Virus record (IMG/VR): IMGVR_UViG_3300022876_000002
Reading direction: 5' to 3' (one strand)
Source: a virus
Lineage: Duplodnaviria; Caudoviricetes
DNA: 64,000 bases
The position numbers and the translations under genes were made by a program. Of this stretch, positions 9,749 to 19,596 are shown in pieces. A model generated the notes under the pieces. That model saw nothing but the letters and a program-made list of their open reading frames with translations. It had not been told where the DNA came from and did not search any database. Every line of letters starts with the position of its first letter. The first letter of the stretch is position 1.

Positions 9749-11367
9749 TTACGATTCCTCATGCCGCTGGTGGCGGCTTTCAAAACAAACATTAACGGCT
9801 CGTTGACCGGGTCATACAGGAAGTTACCACTACCACTGATGTAGTATTCCCGCTTACCGAACAAGTCTACTACTTGAGCCTTGGTGTCTTCACCGCAAAG
9901 ACTGTTAGAGTTCAAGGCGTCACCATCGTGGTCAGAACCCAGTGCCTGCTCACGAGTAGGGTCTACCGACATAGCGTCAAAGTAGTCTACGCGTTCACCC
10001 TTAATAGGGTACTTAGGCAGTTCACCGATTACTGTGCCGTCTGGCTCGATTAGTGTACGCTTCTTGCTACCAACCGTAGTCAGCAGGTTTACCTTGGCTG
10101 GGAAAATGGAACCCAGACCAGTAACCGGATAACGTGTCTGTTGAGACATCTGTCGACGGATAGCTTCTTGGCAGGACAGGTAGTAAAGTTCCATGTACGT
10201 CATCGGTGTTACCAACTTACGATCCTTACCTTCAGGCAGGTCGTTGATATCACCCAGCACACAGACTTCTTTGCCATCGTCGTAAACCAGTGCCAAATAG
10301 TGGCCACTGATAATGATGGGCTTATTACGCAGGTTAACGTTAGAGAAACCGTTAAACAGTTTGCTGATACCAGTCGCTGTAGTCCATTTGTCTACCGTTG
10401 CCGGTTGGACCTCAGTGTACTCGTATTCCAGGGTTTTGGTATTTACCAACTTAGCCTGGTCGCTACCTGGGGTAAACACACCTTCCAGGTACTTGGTGGT
10501 CATGGCATGGATACAAACATACTGGTAGTTCAGCAATGCTTGCATCAGGCCCATGTCTACACTGTTCGGATCTACACCGTCGTCCTCAAATAGGTTACTA
10601 CGGGAAACCTTACGTGCAGTAATAACGTTACGAGTACCAGCCACTACACCGCGGGTAGACATACGACGTTGCAGGATACCACCCTTACCGCCCATCAGAC
10701 CAAAGATGTACTGGTCGATGTCGTTAAAGGACGATTGCAGCCCCCAACGTACAGTGTCGTATAGCGGGTTCTCAGCGTCACCAGCAGTACCAATGGATAC
10801 TACACGGGTACGGAACATCAACTTACGGTAGTACTCAGTGAACTCTGGTTCACTTGGCGCACCGTTAGGCATGAACTGGATATCGCGTAAGCCAGCAGGG
10901 ATTACCAAGACTTTGGTACCCAGTGCCGTGTTACGGAACATGTTGATAAACTTAACACGTTGCTTACGTTTGTACGAGTCGGTTACCGTTACCACCAAAT
11001 CGTAGAAATGCTTGACGAAAAAACTGTAACCAGTCTGTCCGTCGATGATGTTGGATTTTATGAAATCCTTGGCTCGGTCGTCCCAGACGGCATATTCCGA
11101 GCCTTTCAAAATCCCGATGTACAGAGATTTTATTTGACCAAGCGCTTTTAAGTAGCTCGGGTTAAAAATAGGAAGCTTGACGTCAATGTAAGCTTCAGTT
11201 TTATCACGCTCTTTAGACCCCATTTTGCCAAAGATTTCTAAAGAGTACAGACCCTCGTCGTTGAGGTTCTGAGTCATACCTTCGAAAGCATCGGTAGACG
11301 CCACAGGTTTGAAGATACCGGGGACGATCTCCCTGGTATCTAACAAGGTTATATTACTGGGTTTCAT
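9745..11367 (-). CDS. Virion RNA polymerase beta'-like catalytic subunit, phiKZ gp180-like (540 aa)
   Basis: Catalytic DxDGD motif (LGSDHDGD); GLYSLEIFG and GTRNVITA segments; ATGA-type overlap with the beta gene. Confidence 0.92.
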   Translation of the reverse strand: MKPSNITLLDTREIVPGIFKPVASTDAFEGMTQNLNDEGLYSLEIFGKMGSKERDKTEAYIDVKLPIFNPSYLKALGQIKSLYIGILKGSEYAVWDDRAKDFIKSNIIDGQTGYSFFVKHFYDLVVTVTDSYKRKQRVKFINMFRNTALGTKVLVIPAGLRDIQFMPNGAPSEPEFTEYYRKLMFRTRVVSIGTAGDAENPLYDTVRWGLQSSFNDIDQYIFGLMGGKGGILQRRMSTRGVVAGTRNVITARKVSRSNLFEDDGVDPNSVDMGLMQALLNYQYVCIHAMTTKYLEGVFTPGSDQAKLVNTKTLEYEYTEVQPATVDKWTTATGISKLFNGFSNVNLRNKPIIISGHYLALVYDDGKEVCVLGDINDLPEGKDRKLVTPMTYMELYYLSCQEAIRRQMSQQTRYPVTGLGSIFPAKVNLLTTVGSKKRTLIEPDGTVIGELPKYPIKGERVDYFDAMSVDPTREQALGSDHDGDALNSNSLCGEDTKAQVVDLFGKREYYISGSGNFLYDPVNEPLMFVLKAATSGMRNRK

Positions 11368-11388
11368 ATAGTGACCCTTGGGGTAGAT

Positions 11389-14300
11389 ATGTCAGATTAT
11401 GATGATTTCGAGAGTTACGATAACGACTGGGGGGATGATCCGTTCGAAGGTGACATGGACTTCGATTCGGACTTCGATAACCCAGGCGGTAAGAAAGGGT
11501 TCCTACGAAGCGCTGTAAGCGGCTTTTTAGACGGTATCGTCGAGCGCACGATCGGCAGTACCGATGCAAAGATCAACACGCTACAGAAGGTTCTGCCAGC
11601 CACCTGGAATCCTACCTTCCGTAACCTGCGTGATCTGAACCAACGTCGTCGCGACGTAATGGAACAGATTAAAAATGGTACCTTTACCACTGTGCAGGAT
11701 TTGCAGTATTTAGCAGACCGTGCGGCTAAAGCTGTTGGTAATAAGCTTCCTAATAAAATCTCCGAGACCCTTACTGATTTCAGTAAAAGGGACTTCTCGG
11801 ACTGGGAAAAAACCGATTACGACCGCGATGACACCGATAAGGCAGAAGGTGTATCGGACGAGGAAGTTAAAGCGTTAATCAGCAACGAAGACGCTAACGC
11901 TATCCTTACCCGAGAAACCTCCAAGTCGATCGGTAGACAAACCATCGGGATGATGGCTGAGATCGGTGGTCGGTCTATCGCTAACATCCAAGGTCTTAAC
12001 CAGACCGGTATGCGCACCAACCAGTTACTGGAACACTTGCTGGACTTCCAGCGTCGTGTAACCCAACGTAACGACCAGTTGATGATCAGCATCACTGCAC
12101 GGCAATACCTTACTAGCTCCAAGTACTACAAGTTCATGGAAGTTAGTAACCACCGCATCGTCACCGAGTTGAAACAGATCGGTGAGTACGTCAAGATGTC
12201 GGACTACGAGAAAACCTCGAACATGCAAGCTCTGAAAAAGAGTGTGCGTGAGTCTGTATTCGACAAAGCCAAGGGTCGTTTCGGTGGTATTGCTGATTTC
12301 TTGACTGAGCGTGTAGGTAAGGATGCTCTGGACGACAACATGTCCAACGTGTCGGACATCACCAGTAGCCTGCGTATGGTTGCTGAGATGACCGAAGGGA
12401 TGCCCCTTAACGTAGGTTCCATGCTCGGTAACGCGGCAGCCGGTATCTTCCTTAATAAGCTTCCCAAGATGATCGAGTCTGGGATGGCCCAAGGTTACAT
12501 TGCTAAGTTTAAGAAGCAATTCCCTAAACTTAGCAAATGGGCTGACGACGCTTACATCCGTCTTGGCGACCTCGGTAACGTAGCCACTTACGTTACTGGT
12601 AATGGCGAGGAGTTGGCTAATACCCTGCACCGTCATTACAAGCACGGTCAGTCTGAACTGGACGATATGACCTACGATGACTACGTAGATCAGTTGCCGA
12701 AAGACAAACCACCAATGCCTAAAGCAGTCTGGGTTGCCATGAAAATGGCACGCGGAATGTACAACAAGGGCGCTGGCGCAATCATGGATGACATGTGGGA
12801 GTCTAGCTATACCACATACAACCTGAAAAACCGCACCCTGGCAGATGGTGAAGAAAACGCTCTGTGGACCCGTCGTTCCGACCGTACGTTGAACGAAGAG
12901 ATCCCACGCTGGTTCAGCATGATCCACTTGTCCTTGGAGCAAATCCGGACTGGTAGTGACGACGTCAAGCGTTTGGCTTACGACTACGTTAAAGACGACT
13001 TCATTACCGACAAGCAGAAAGTAGCCACGGTTACCAATGCTGTGTTTGATCGTAGCCAGTTCTCCTCGCAAGCTACTTCGGCCCTTAACCTGGCTGAGTC
13101 GCTTGACAAAGAGGGTGGTGGCACAATGTCGGCTAAGGCCAAGCAAGACCTGGCTTACCAGTTGACCCGTGACGTAGACCGTAAGCAAGGCTTCAACCCG
13201 TACAACTTCCTGGCGTTAGAGGAAGAGGACGGGTTCTCCAAGAAGTCCGCTAAACAAATCCGTGAATCCATCATGGCGGCGTTTGGGATTACCCAAAACC
13301 ACATCGATGAGTTCCATGCTGGTGACGACGCTACGCGCACACGCATGCTGACGTACATGCCTACTGAGAAAGGTCGTAGACTGCTCCCAGGTATGGCTGA
13401 CGCAGCACGGTCGCTCGACACCTTCATGCCGGACATTACGGCTAACCTGGAAACTTACCGCAACAGTGGTTTCTGGAATGCGATGAAGGAAGCAGGGATT
13501 ATCACCAAGTCCGAGTGGGGTGGTGGTGACGAAGTCTCTGAGAAAAAGTTCTGGGAAGTCTACAAGCAATATTTGGCTGACCCAGAAATGAAGTCGTCAG
13601 TCCCTGTGCCTGAGACACAAGGACCGATTCCTACTCGCTCGTTTGGCACGTTTACACCTAACCCTATCAACCCGCTGGCGCAAGCCACTGTACCTAAGTT
13701 CACTTTCGGTGCGGCTGCTGGCGTCGCGCCTACTGCCACGACTGTTCCAGTCAAGGTAGAAGGGTTCGACGAACTGGTTAAAACGCTGGATGGTCTCAAG
13801 AACTTTGCTCAGTCCATGGGTGGGTTCGGCGATGCCATGAAAGCAGTTAGCGGGATTGACTTCCAGCCACTTAACACCAAAATGGATTTGTTGGTTAAGA
13901 ACACTGGCGACCTGCTGCAATTGGCTCAGACCCGTAACGAGACTCTCACCAAGATTTATGAGAATCAACCGGTACGTAAGAAACCCAAGGACAAGCAGGA
14001 AGAAGATGACATGCGGTCTGGTACACAACGTATCATGGATCGCATCAAAGAGTTCTCGTTCCAAGACTTCTACAACAAGGCAGTTGACACGGTACTCAAG
14101 AACGAGCCACTGATCCTGGGTGGTTTGTTAGGTGGTCTCGCTGGGTATGCGTTGCATAACCCTAAAGCTGCTGCGTTGATTGCAGGTGGTGCTGTAGCCG
14201 CTACTGCTTACGGCAAAATCCGTGGGATGGCTAAAGCCAAAACACCAGAGGACAATGAAGACCTCTATGAGGAAGGTTCTGACGAGCCATTACTCAGTGC

Positions 14301-17300
14301 GAAGAAGTTGCGTGACGGCGACTACTATGACCTGTCCAAGAAAGTGATCATCCAGTCGTGGAAGGATATCACGGGGAGCATCAAGGACATTAAAGACGGG
14401 ACCATCATTGGTGCTCGTAAGTTAGCCGGTAAACTGTTTACTGCTGAGAACAAGGAAGTATTCCTTAGCGGGTTGAACAAGGTGCGTGAATGGATTAGCA
14501 AAGCATTCCGTTGGGTAGATCCATGGGGTCGTGCGGTAGCTGCCAAGAACGCAGTAACCAAGCGCTTCTTCCAGATGGACGTATATAAGGAAGGAGCCAA
14601 AGCACCTACCCTGTTGGGCAAGTCGTTTGATGGTGGTGCGTATTACAAGGTTGGTCCAGACGGCAAAGCAGTAATGCTCACTGGATGGAATGAAATCGAC
14701 GGACCAGTATACGACCGTGAAGGTAATATGCTGATCTCCCAGGAAGACTACGACCGCGGTTTGGTTACGTCGATGGGTGTGTCGGTTAACAAGCTTGGTA
14801 AGCTGTCGAAGAAGTTTGGTAGTTGGGGTCTGGAGATCCTTAAAGGAGCTAAAGACCGTGCGATGCAATACGGTGGGGCTGCTGTAGATAAGTCGAAAGA
14901 AGTATTTAAAGCAGACTACACTCCGATTATCAACTCGATTGACCGTATCTACGACTTGCTGTTGCAACACTGGGGTTACGCCCCGGCTGCAATGGTCAAC
15001 GCACTGACTGGCACGGATGGTGTTGAGAAGCCTCTCGAGGCAGAGGGTGATCCTGAGACCCAACCAGCACCAGCTACCGGTAAGAAAGGTAAAAAGAAAA
15101 AGGCACCGAAAACCAAGGAAGACTCGGAGCCAGATTTCAACAAAGGCATTGACCCTGACACCCCTGGTCCATCCAAGGAAGAGGTTGCTAAGCGAGAAGA
15201 GCGTGCTGCAAACCCACCCGAGATGCGTAAGCATAACTTTGCTGAAGCCATCAAAGAGAAAATTGCAGCGGCTTATGGTGATCGTCCAGCGGCAGGTGAC
15301 CCTGCTCCAGAACCTAAACCTGGCGAACCTAAAGAACGACTCAACTCTCTTAAAGACCAAGAAGAGCAAAAGGAAAAGAAAAAGGCCGGTATGGTTCAGG
15401 ATGCGATCATCCGCATCGGTGAGTCCTTCGGTTTTGGTGAGAAGAAACCTGACACCAAACGTGCTGGTCTGTTTGGTTTGTTAGGTACCATGTTTGGTGG
15501 CGCGTTAAGTGTCTTGGGTGGGATCTCCACCTTTATCACCAAGACGTTGTTCTCTCCAATCAGGATGATGGGGACGTTCGCTACACTCGGTATCAAGTTA
15601 CTCCCTGTGATGGCCACTGGCGTTACGGCTATTGCTAAAGGGTTGTTCACGTTGCTCAAGACTAAGTCTTTGACTGACGCGGGCACCAGTGTGCTTGACA
15701 CCATTATGGACAACAAGGGCGAACATCCTGAAGTCCGTAAGAAACGTAAGGAGATGCGCAAAGAGCACCGTAGTAAACCTAGTACCAAACTCAAGAAAGC
15801 GGGCCTGGTTGGTGGTGTAGCCCTTGCGGGTGGCATGGCCGTGGACAGCATGATTGACAGCGGTATCGTGGAAGAAGACGGTCTGGTAGCTAACGTAGCC
15901 AATGTATTGGAAACCGGCGCACAGGTTTACGCTGGTTATCAATTGGCATCTGGTTTGGCAGGTTTGGCTGGTCTTAGTCTGCCGACTATGTTGGGTACTG
16001 CTGCTAGCGCTGCCGGTACTGGCTTTATGGTTGCTGCTGGTGGTGCCTTAACGGCCGCTGGTGCAATTATTACCAGTCCTGTAGTACTTGGTGCGGCTGC
16101 AATTGGTTTGGTTGGCTATGGTGCTTACAAGCTCTTCCAGAAGGGTAAGGGTACCCAGCTTAAACTACGCTTGACCCAGTATGGTGTTTCTGATGTAGAG
16201 TCTGATCTCGCTGAGACTATCGTTAAAGCAGAACAGATGTTAGAGAAATACGTTGTAATTGGTAACGGTAGAGCGTCGCTGTCTAAGGAAGCACCTATCG
16301 AAGAAGTGTTCCGTATGTTTGTGCCTGATGCGGCTGATAAAGGCGGCAAGGCTAAACTGGCGGAAGTATTCACTTGGTTCAATGGTCGTTTCAAACCTGT
16401 GTTCTTGACCTACATGGCTTGCTTGGATGCTGCTAAGTTTAAAGGTCTCCAGGAATACGACGAGTCGACTAAGCAAGAAGTCTACATGGTAGCGAAACAA
16501 GCACACACAGCCCTCGGTGGTGTGATGCCGTTCCCTTACACTGTAGTTGCCAAAATCGATAAGTCTGTTCCTATCCTCGGTGAGAAACAGACTACCATCC
16601 GAGTTGCCAATTACCTTACGACCCTCAAGACGTATCTGGATCGTAAGACGAGTAAGGAAGACCTGCAGCCTGTTGCGTTGCCCGCTGGTGTGAAAGCTCT
16701 GGAAGCAGAGAAGAAACACTTGGAGGAGCAACTTAACGAGGACGGTGGTAGTGTCGCTGGTCCTATCCGTAGTAAGGCGAAAGCTCGTATTGCGGATATC
16801 GACAAGCAACTGTCTGATCTGAACAGTAGCTTCAAGCTGGGCAAACAAGTTCAGGCAGTGTACATCAAAGACCTGCTCCCAGACGCTAAAGCAATGGATT
16901 TGCTTACTGCAATTCGTCTGGCGTGCTATGGTAATGATCAAGACATTCACTGGCGTATTGAGGCTGTACTGCGGTTAGAACGTTACTGTGAATCCCTCTT
17001 CGTATCCGACGGGAAAGAAGTTGTATTCCGTGGGGACATTGGGGAACTGTTTGATATCTTCCGTACGTCGTTCCGCCTGAAACGCGACGAAGGTGAGAAC
17101 TGGGCTAAGTGGTTCCGTGACCGCTTTGCTCCGGTAATGCGCAATTACGTGCAATTGGTTAACAACTATCGCAAGGGCAACCCTGGGGTGGTTTGGAAAT
17201 CGCTGTCGGTTACTGCACGTTACGAAATCGCTAAGGCATTGGTTGACACTCAGGTGCACATCACGAGTGCATTGGTAGTACCGATCTGGCGTGTACGGTC

Positions 17301-19530
17301 CTCACCGTTCTTGGATAGTCGTTCTGACGATCGTCCGGACAAAGTAGACCGCATGCTTAAACTGTTGGCTGATGCTAGCACACAGGCTAAGGTACTGGAC
17401 CCCGAGAAAGAGGCTGGTAAAACCAATACTCAGACTTGGGCTAATGCAATCAGTCCACACAAAGTAGGTGGTGGGTTTACCCCACATGCTGCCAACGTCC
17501 AGCAGCCCGACCAGTACAAGAACAAGCGTGACGTCGTTATGGGTGGACAGTTCGGCACCAACGTGTCTAGCGGCGCTGGTACTGGTAACATCTACAGCAT
17601 CAATGGTAACTACGGCACCCCTGAGAACAAGTATGGGTATAAAGCCCTAACTGGTGAATCCGACACTAGCCACCTGGACATGTCCGGTGTACAGAAGGAT
17701 ACCAGTGCTAAGGACTCTGGGGTTAAGGTACCCCGTAAGCTGGCAGAGCAGTTAGTAATCCGCGAGATGCTTAAGCAGGGCTTCACTGACCCGCGAGCTA
17801 TTGCAGAGATGCTGGCACTTACCAACTACGAGACCGGTGGCTATAACAAGACCGTAGAGAACCTTAAGTACTCCGACCCATCCAGACTGATGCGGACGTT
17901 CAAGGAAGTTACTTCCCTGGCCCAAGCACAGCAACTGGTACAGATGGGTGAGGTAGCAATCGGTAACGTGGTTTACGGCGGTGGTAAAGGCAAGTCCCTT
18001 GGTAACACCGAACAAGGGGATGGCTACAAATACCGTGGTCGTGGCTTCGTACAACTGACAGGTAAGAGTAATTACGCTAAGACCGGACAGGCTTTAGGTA
18101 TTGACTTGGTTGGGAAACCAGAGTTGCTGTCTGAAGACCCTAACGTCATGGCGGCCGTTGCGGTAGACTTCTACAAGAACTCCAAGCTCTTGCAGTCGAT
18201 TACCCAAGACGGTAACTTCGGGCGTGCTGCACGGGGGCTCAATGGCGGTAATGCATTGCCCGGTATGCCTGAGCGTCACAAACTCTACCTGAGCTACTTG
18301 GATCAGTTGAGTAAAGGCGAGTTAAAAGCTGACGAAGAAGCCGCAGCTAGTGCATCTGCCGATGTGGTGGGTAGTGCATCTGCACCGACTGCTCCTCCTG
18401 ACAGTGGAGCAATGATTGGTGGTGCTGGTGGTACTCCTCCACTGGGTGCTAGCGGTAGCGGTGGTCAGTTGGATCCAAGCGGAGGAGCTGCATACGGTAC
18501 GCCAGGTACTGATCCAAACACAGGGCAACCTGGTACTTGGTCTCAGTCTGGTCCTAATGTACCGATGGGTCCTGGTGTGCAGACTGGCTCTGGCGCACTT
18601 GGTGGTGGTTACACTGCTTCGACTTACGGTGCTGGTCCTTCTGTTGACGTAGATGGGCTTAAGGTTAAATCCGCTGAAACAACTGCTGGTGGTGGGCATC
18701 ATCCTGCTATCAAACGGTTGGGCCAGTTGATTATGACCAACGTCCAAAACTTCAACAGAATCACTGCGTTGAACGACGCATGGCACAAGCACAATAAGCC
18801 AAACTCCAAGCACACCCAAGGTCTGGCGATTGACTTCACCCTGACTAACGGTGCAGCTGGTAGTGATGCCGCAGTGGCTGTTGTTAAAGGCTTGCTGCAA
18901 CAAGCTGGTTTGACTCCTAACGAGTTCCTGGTACTCAACGAGTACAAGCGGATGTCGCGTGGGGCAACTGGTAATCACGTCCATGCTGGCTTCCAATCCG
19001 TAGCTGCTGCGGACAAGTTCATGAAGGCAAGTGGCGGTAACGCTACTAACGGACAAGACACTACCGCTGGTGGTGGACCTGTACAGCCGGTTGAACAAGA
19101 AGTTACATCGCCTCCGCAACAAGGAGTAGAGGCCCAGGCACCTCGTGGTATGGAAGACCCAGCTGCTAGCCCTAGTGGCCCTGCGGTACCGGGTAAGCCA
19201 AACATCCCTGGTCCCAAGCCTCCACAATCCGGTGGTAACACTGCACCGCAAGGTGGCGGTAATCCATTCGGGACGTCTCCTGGCGCTCCTTACCAGCAAC
19301 CTAATAACGGTTCTTACCAACCGCCCGCACCGCCTGCTACAAGACAGCCTCAGGCTGCTCCTGCACCAGCCCCTGTAGACAACGGTAACGTAGAACAGTT
19401 GTTAGGAGCATTGGTTGCAGCGGTTAACCAACAGGGCGGATCCCAGTCCCAACTGTTGGCACAGATCGCTAAACTGATCGCTGAAGGTAACAAAGGAGCT
19501 AAAGATCCATCTCAACGCGTTAAGGTTTGA
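11389..19530 (+). CDS. Giant tail/tape-measure-like virion protein with C-terminal peptidoglycan hydrolases (phiKZ gp181/EL gp183 position)
   Basis: About 2,713 aa from ATG 11389 (ggggt RBS); GH19 motifs YETGG...ENL and GDGYKYRGRGFVQLTGKSNY; M15-like SKHTQGLAID...HVH; hydrophobic Gly/Ala-rich segments mid-protein; divergent from the vRNAP genes. Confidence 0.88.
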   Translation: MSDYDDFESYDNDWGDDPFEGDMDFDSDFDNPGGKKGFLRSAVSGFLDGIVERTIGSTDAKINTLQKVLPATWNPTFRNLRDLNQRRRDVMEQIKNGTFTTVQDLQYLADRAAKAVGNKLPNKISETLTDFSKRDFSDWEKTDYDRDDTDKAEGVSDEEVKALISNEDANAILTRETSKSIGRQTIGMMAEIGGRSIANIQGLNQTGMRTNQLLEHLLDFQRRVTQRNDQLMISITARQYLTSSKYYKFMEVSNHRIVTELKQIGEYVKMSDYEKTSNMQALKKSVRESVFDKAKGRFGGIADFLTERVGKDALDDNMSNVSDITSSLRMVAEMTEGMPLNVGSMLGNAAAGIFLNKLPKMIESGMAQGYIAKFKKQFPKLSKWADDAYIRLGDLGNVATYVTGNGEELANTLHRHYKHGQSELDDMTYDDYVDQLPKDKPPMPKAVWVAMKMARGMYNKGAGAIMDDMWESSYTTYNLKNRTLADGEENALWTRRSDRTLNEEIPRWFSMIHLSLEQIRTGSDDVKRLAYDYVKDDFITDKQKVATVTNAVFDRSQFSSQATSALNLAESLDKEGGGTMSAKAKQDLAYQLTRDVDRKQGFNPYNFLALEEEDGFSKKSAKQIRESIMAAFGITQNHIDEFHAGDDATRTRMLTYMPTEKGRRLLPGMADAARSLDTFMPDITANLETYRNSGFWNAMKEAGIITKSEWGGGDEVSEKKFWEVYKQYLADPEMKSSVPVPETQGPIPTRSFGTFTPNPINPLAQATVPKFTFGAAAGVAPTATTVPVKVEGFDELVKTLDGLKNFAQSMGGFGDAMKAVSGIDFQPLNTKMDLLVKNTGDLLQLAQTRNETLTKIYENQPVRKKPKDKQEEDDMRSGTQRIMDRIKEFSFQDFYNKAVDTVLKNEPLILGGLLGGLAGYALHNPKAAALIAGGAVAATAYGKIRGMAKAKTPEDNEDLYEEGSDEPLLSAKKLRDGDYYDLSKKVIIQSWKDITGSIKDIKDGTIIGARKLAGKLFTAENKEVFLSGLNKVREWISKAFRWVDPWGRAVAAKNAVTKRFFQMDVYKEGAKAPTLLGKSFDGGAYYKVGPDGKAVMLTGWNEIDGPVYDREGNMLISQEDYDRGLVTSMGVSVNKLGKLSKKFGSWGLEILKGAKDRAMQYGGAAVDKSKEVFKADYTPIINSIDRIYDLLLQHWGYAPAAMVNALTGTDGVEKPLEAEGDPETQPAPATGKKGKKKKAPKTKEDSEPDFNKGIDPDTPGPSKEEVAKREERAANPPEMRKHNFAEAIKEKIAAAYGDRPAAGDPAPEPKPGEPKERLNSLKDQEEQKEKKKAGMVQDAIIRIGESFGFGEKKPDTKRAGLFGLLGTMFGGALSVLGGISTFITKTLFSPIRMMGTFATLGIKLLPVMATGVTAIAKGLFTLLKTKSLTDAGTSVLDTIMDNKGEHPEVRKKRKEMRKEHRSKPSTKLKKAGLVGGVALAGGMAVDSMIDSGIVEEDGLVANVANVLETGAQVYAGYQLASGLAGLAGLSLPTMLGTAASAAGTGFMVAAGGALTAAGAIITSPVVLGAAAIGLVGYGAYKLFQKGKGTQLKLRLTQYGVSDVESDLAETIVKAEQMLEKYVVIGNGRASLSKEAPIEEVFRMFVPDAADKGGKAKLAEVFTWFNGRFKPVFLTYMACLDAAKFKGLQEYDESTKQEVYMVAKQAHTALGGVMPFPYTVVAKIDKSVPILGEKQTTIRVANYLTTLKTYLDRKTSKEDLQPVALPAGVKALEAEKKHLEEQLNEDGGSVAGPIRSKAKARIADIDKQLSDLNSSFKLGKQVQAVYIKDLLPDAKAMDLLTAIRLACYGNDQDIHWRIEAVLRLERYCESLFVSDGKEVVFRGDIGELFDIFRTSFRLKRDEGENWAKWFRDRFAPVMRNYVQLVNNYRKGNPGVVWKSLSVTARYEIAKALVDTQVHITSALVVPIWRVRSSPFLDSRSDDRPDKVDRMLKLLADASTQAKVLDPEKEAGKTNTQTWANAISPHKVGGGFTPHAANVQQPDQYKNKRDVVMGGQFGTNVSSGAGTGNIYSINGNYGTPENKYGYKALTGESDTSHLDMSGVQKDTSAKDSGVKVPRKLAEQLVIREMLKQGFTDPRAIAEMLALTNYETGGYNKTVENLKYSDPSRLMRTFKEVTSLAQAQQLVQMGEVAIGNVVYGGGKGKSLGNTEQGDGYKYRGRGFVQLTGKSNYAKTGQALGIDLVGKPELLSEDPNVMAAVAVDFYKNSKLLQSITQDGNFGRAARGLNGGNALPGMPERHKLYLSYLDQLSKGELKADEEAAASASADVVGSASAPTAPPDSGAMIGGAGGTPPLGASGSGGQLDPSGGAAYGTPGTDPNTGQPGTWSQSGPNVPMGPGVQTGSGALGGGYTASTYGAGPSVDVDGLKVKSAETTAGGGHHPAIKRLGQLIMTNVQNFNRITALNDAWHKHNKPNSKHTQGLAIDFTLTNGAAGSDAAVAVVKGLLQQAGLTPNEFLVLNEYKRMSRGATGNHVHAGFQSVAAADKFMKASGGNATNGQDTTAGGGPVQPVEQEVTSPPQQGVEAQAPRGMEDPAASPSGPAVPGKPNIPGPKPPQSGGNTAPQGGGNPFGTSPGAPYQQPNNGSYQPPAPPATRQPQAAPAPAPVDNGNVEQLLGALVAAVNQQGGSQSQLLAQIAKLIAEGNKGAKDPSQRVKV

Positions 19531-19536
19531 CCATTT

Positions 19537-19582
19537 TAGGAGAGGGGGCAGGGGCTTCGGCCTCTGTCCTCATCCTATTTTT
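19537..19582 (+). terminator. Intrinsic terminator (TTCG loop)
   Basis: taggagagggggcaggggc-ttcg-gcctctgtcctcatccta followed by a T run. Confidence 0.7.
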
Positions 19583-19596
19583 ACAGGTATTTACTG

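Noticed and set aside
5381-11367. Group I intron or intein in the vRNAP genes, as seen in some relatives
   Set aside because: Both ORFs are continuous and of the expected size, with no Hint or homing-endonuclease motifs
11364-11391. TATG late-promoter motifs overlapping start codons (here and at several other genes)
   Set aside because: A 4-mer containing ATG arises by chance and cannot be called without TSS data
15060-15400. Lys/Pro/Glu-rich low-complexity stretch in the giant tail protein
   Set aside because: An ordinary disordered linker with no DNA-level repeat or frameshift signal seen
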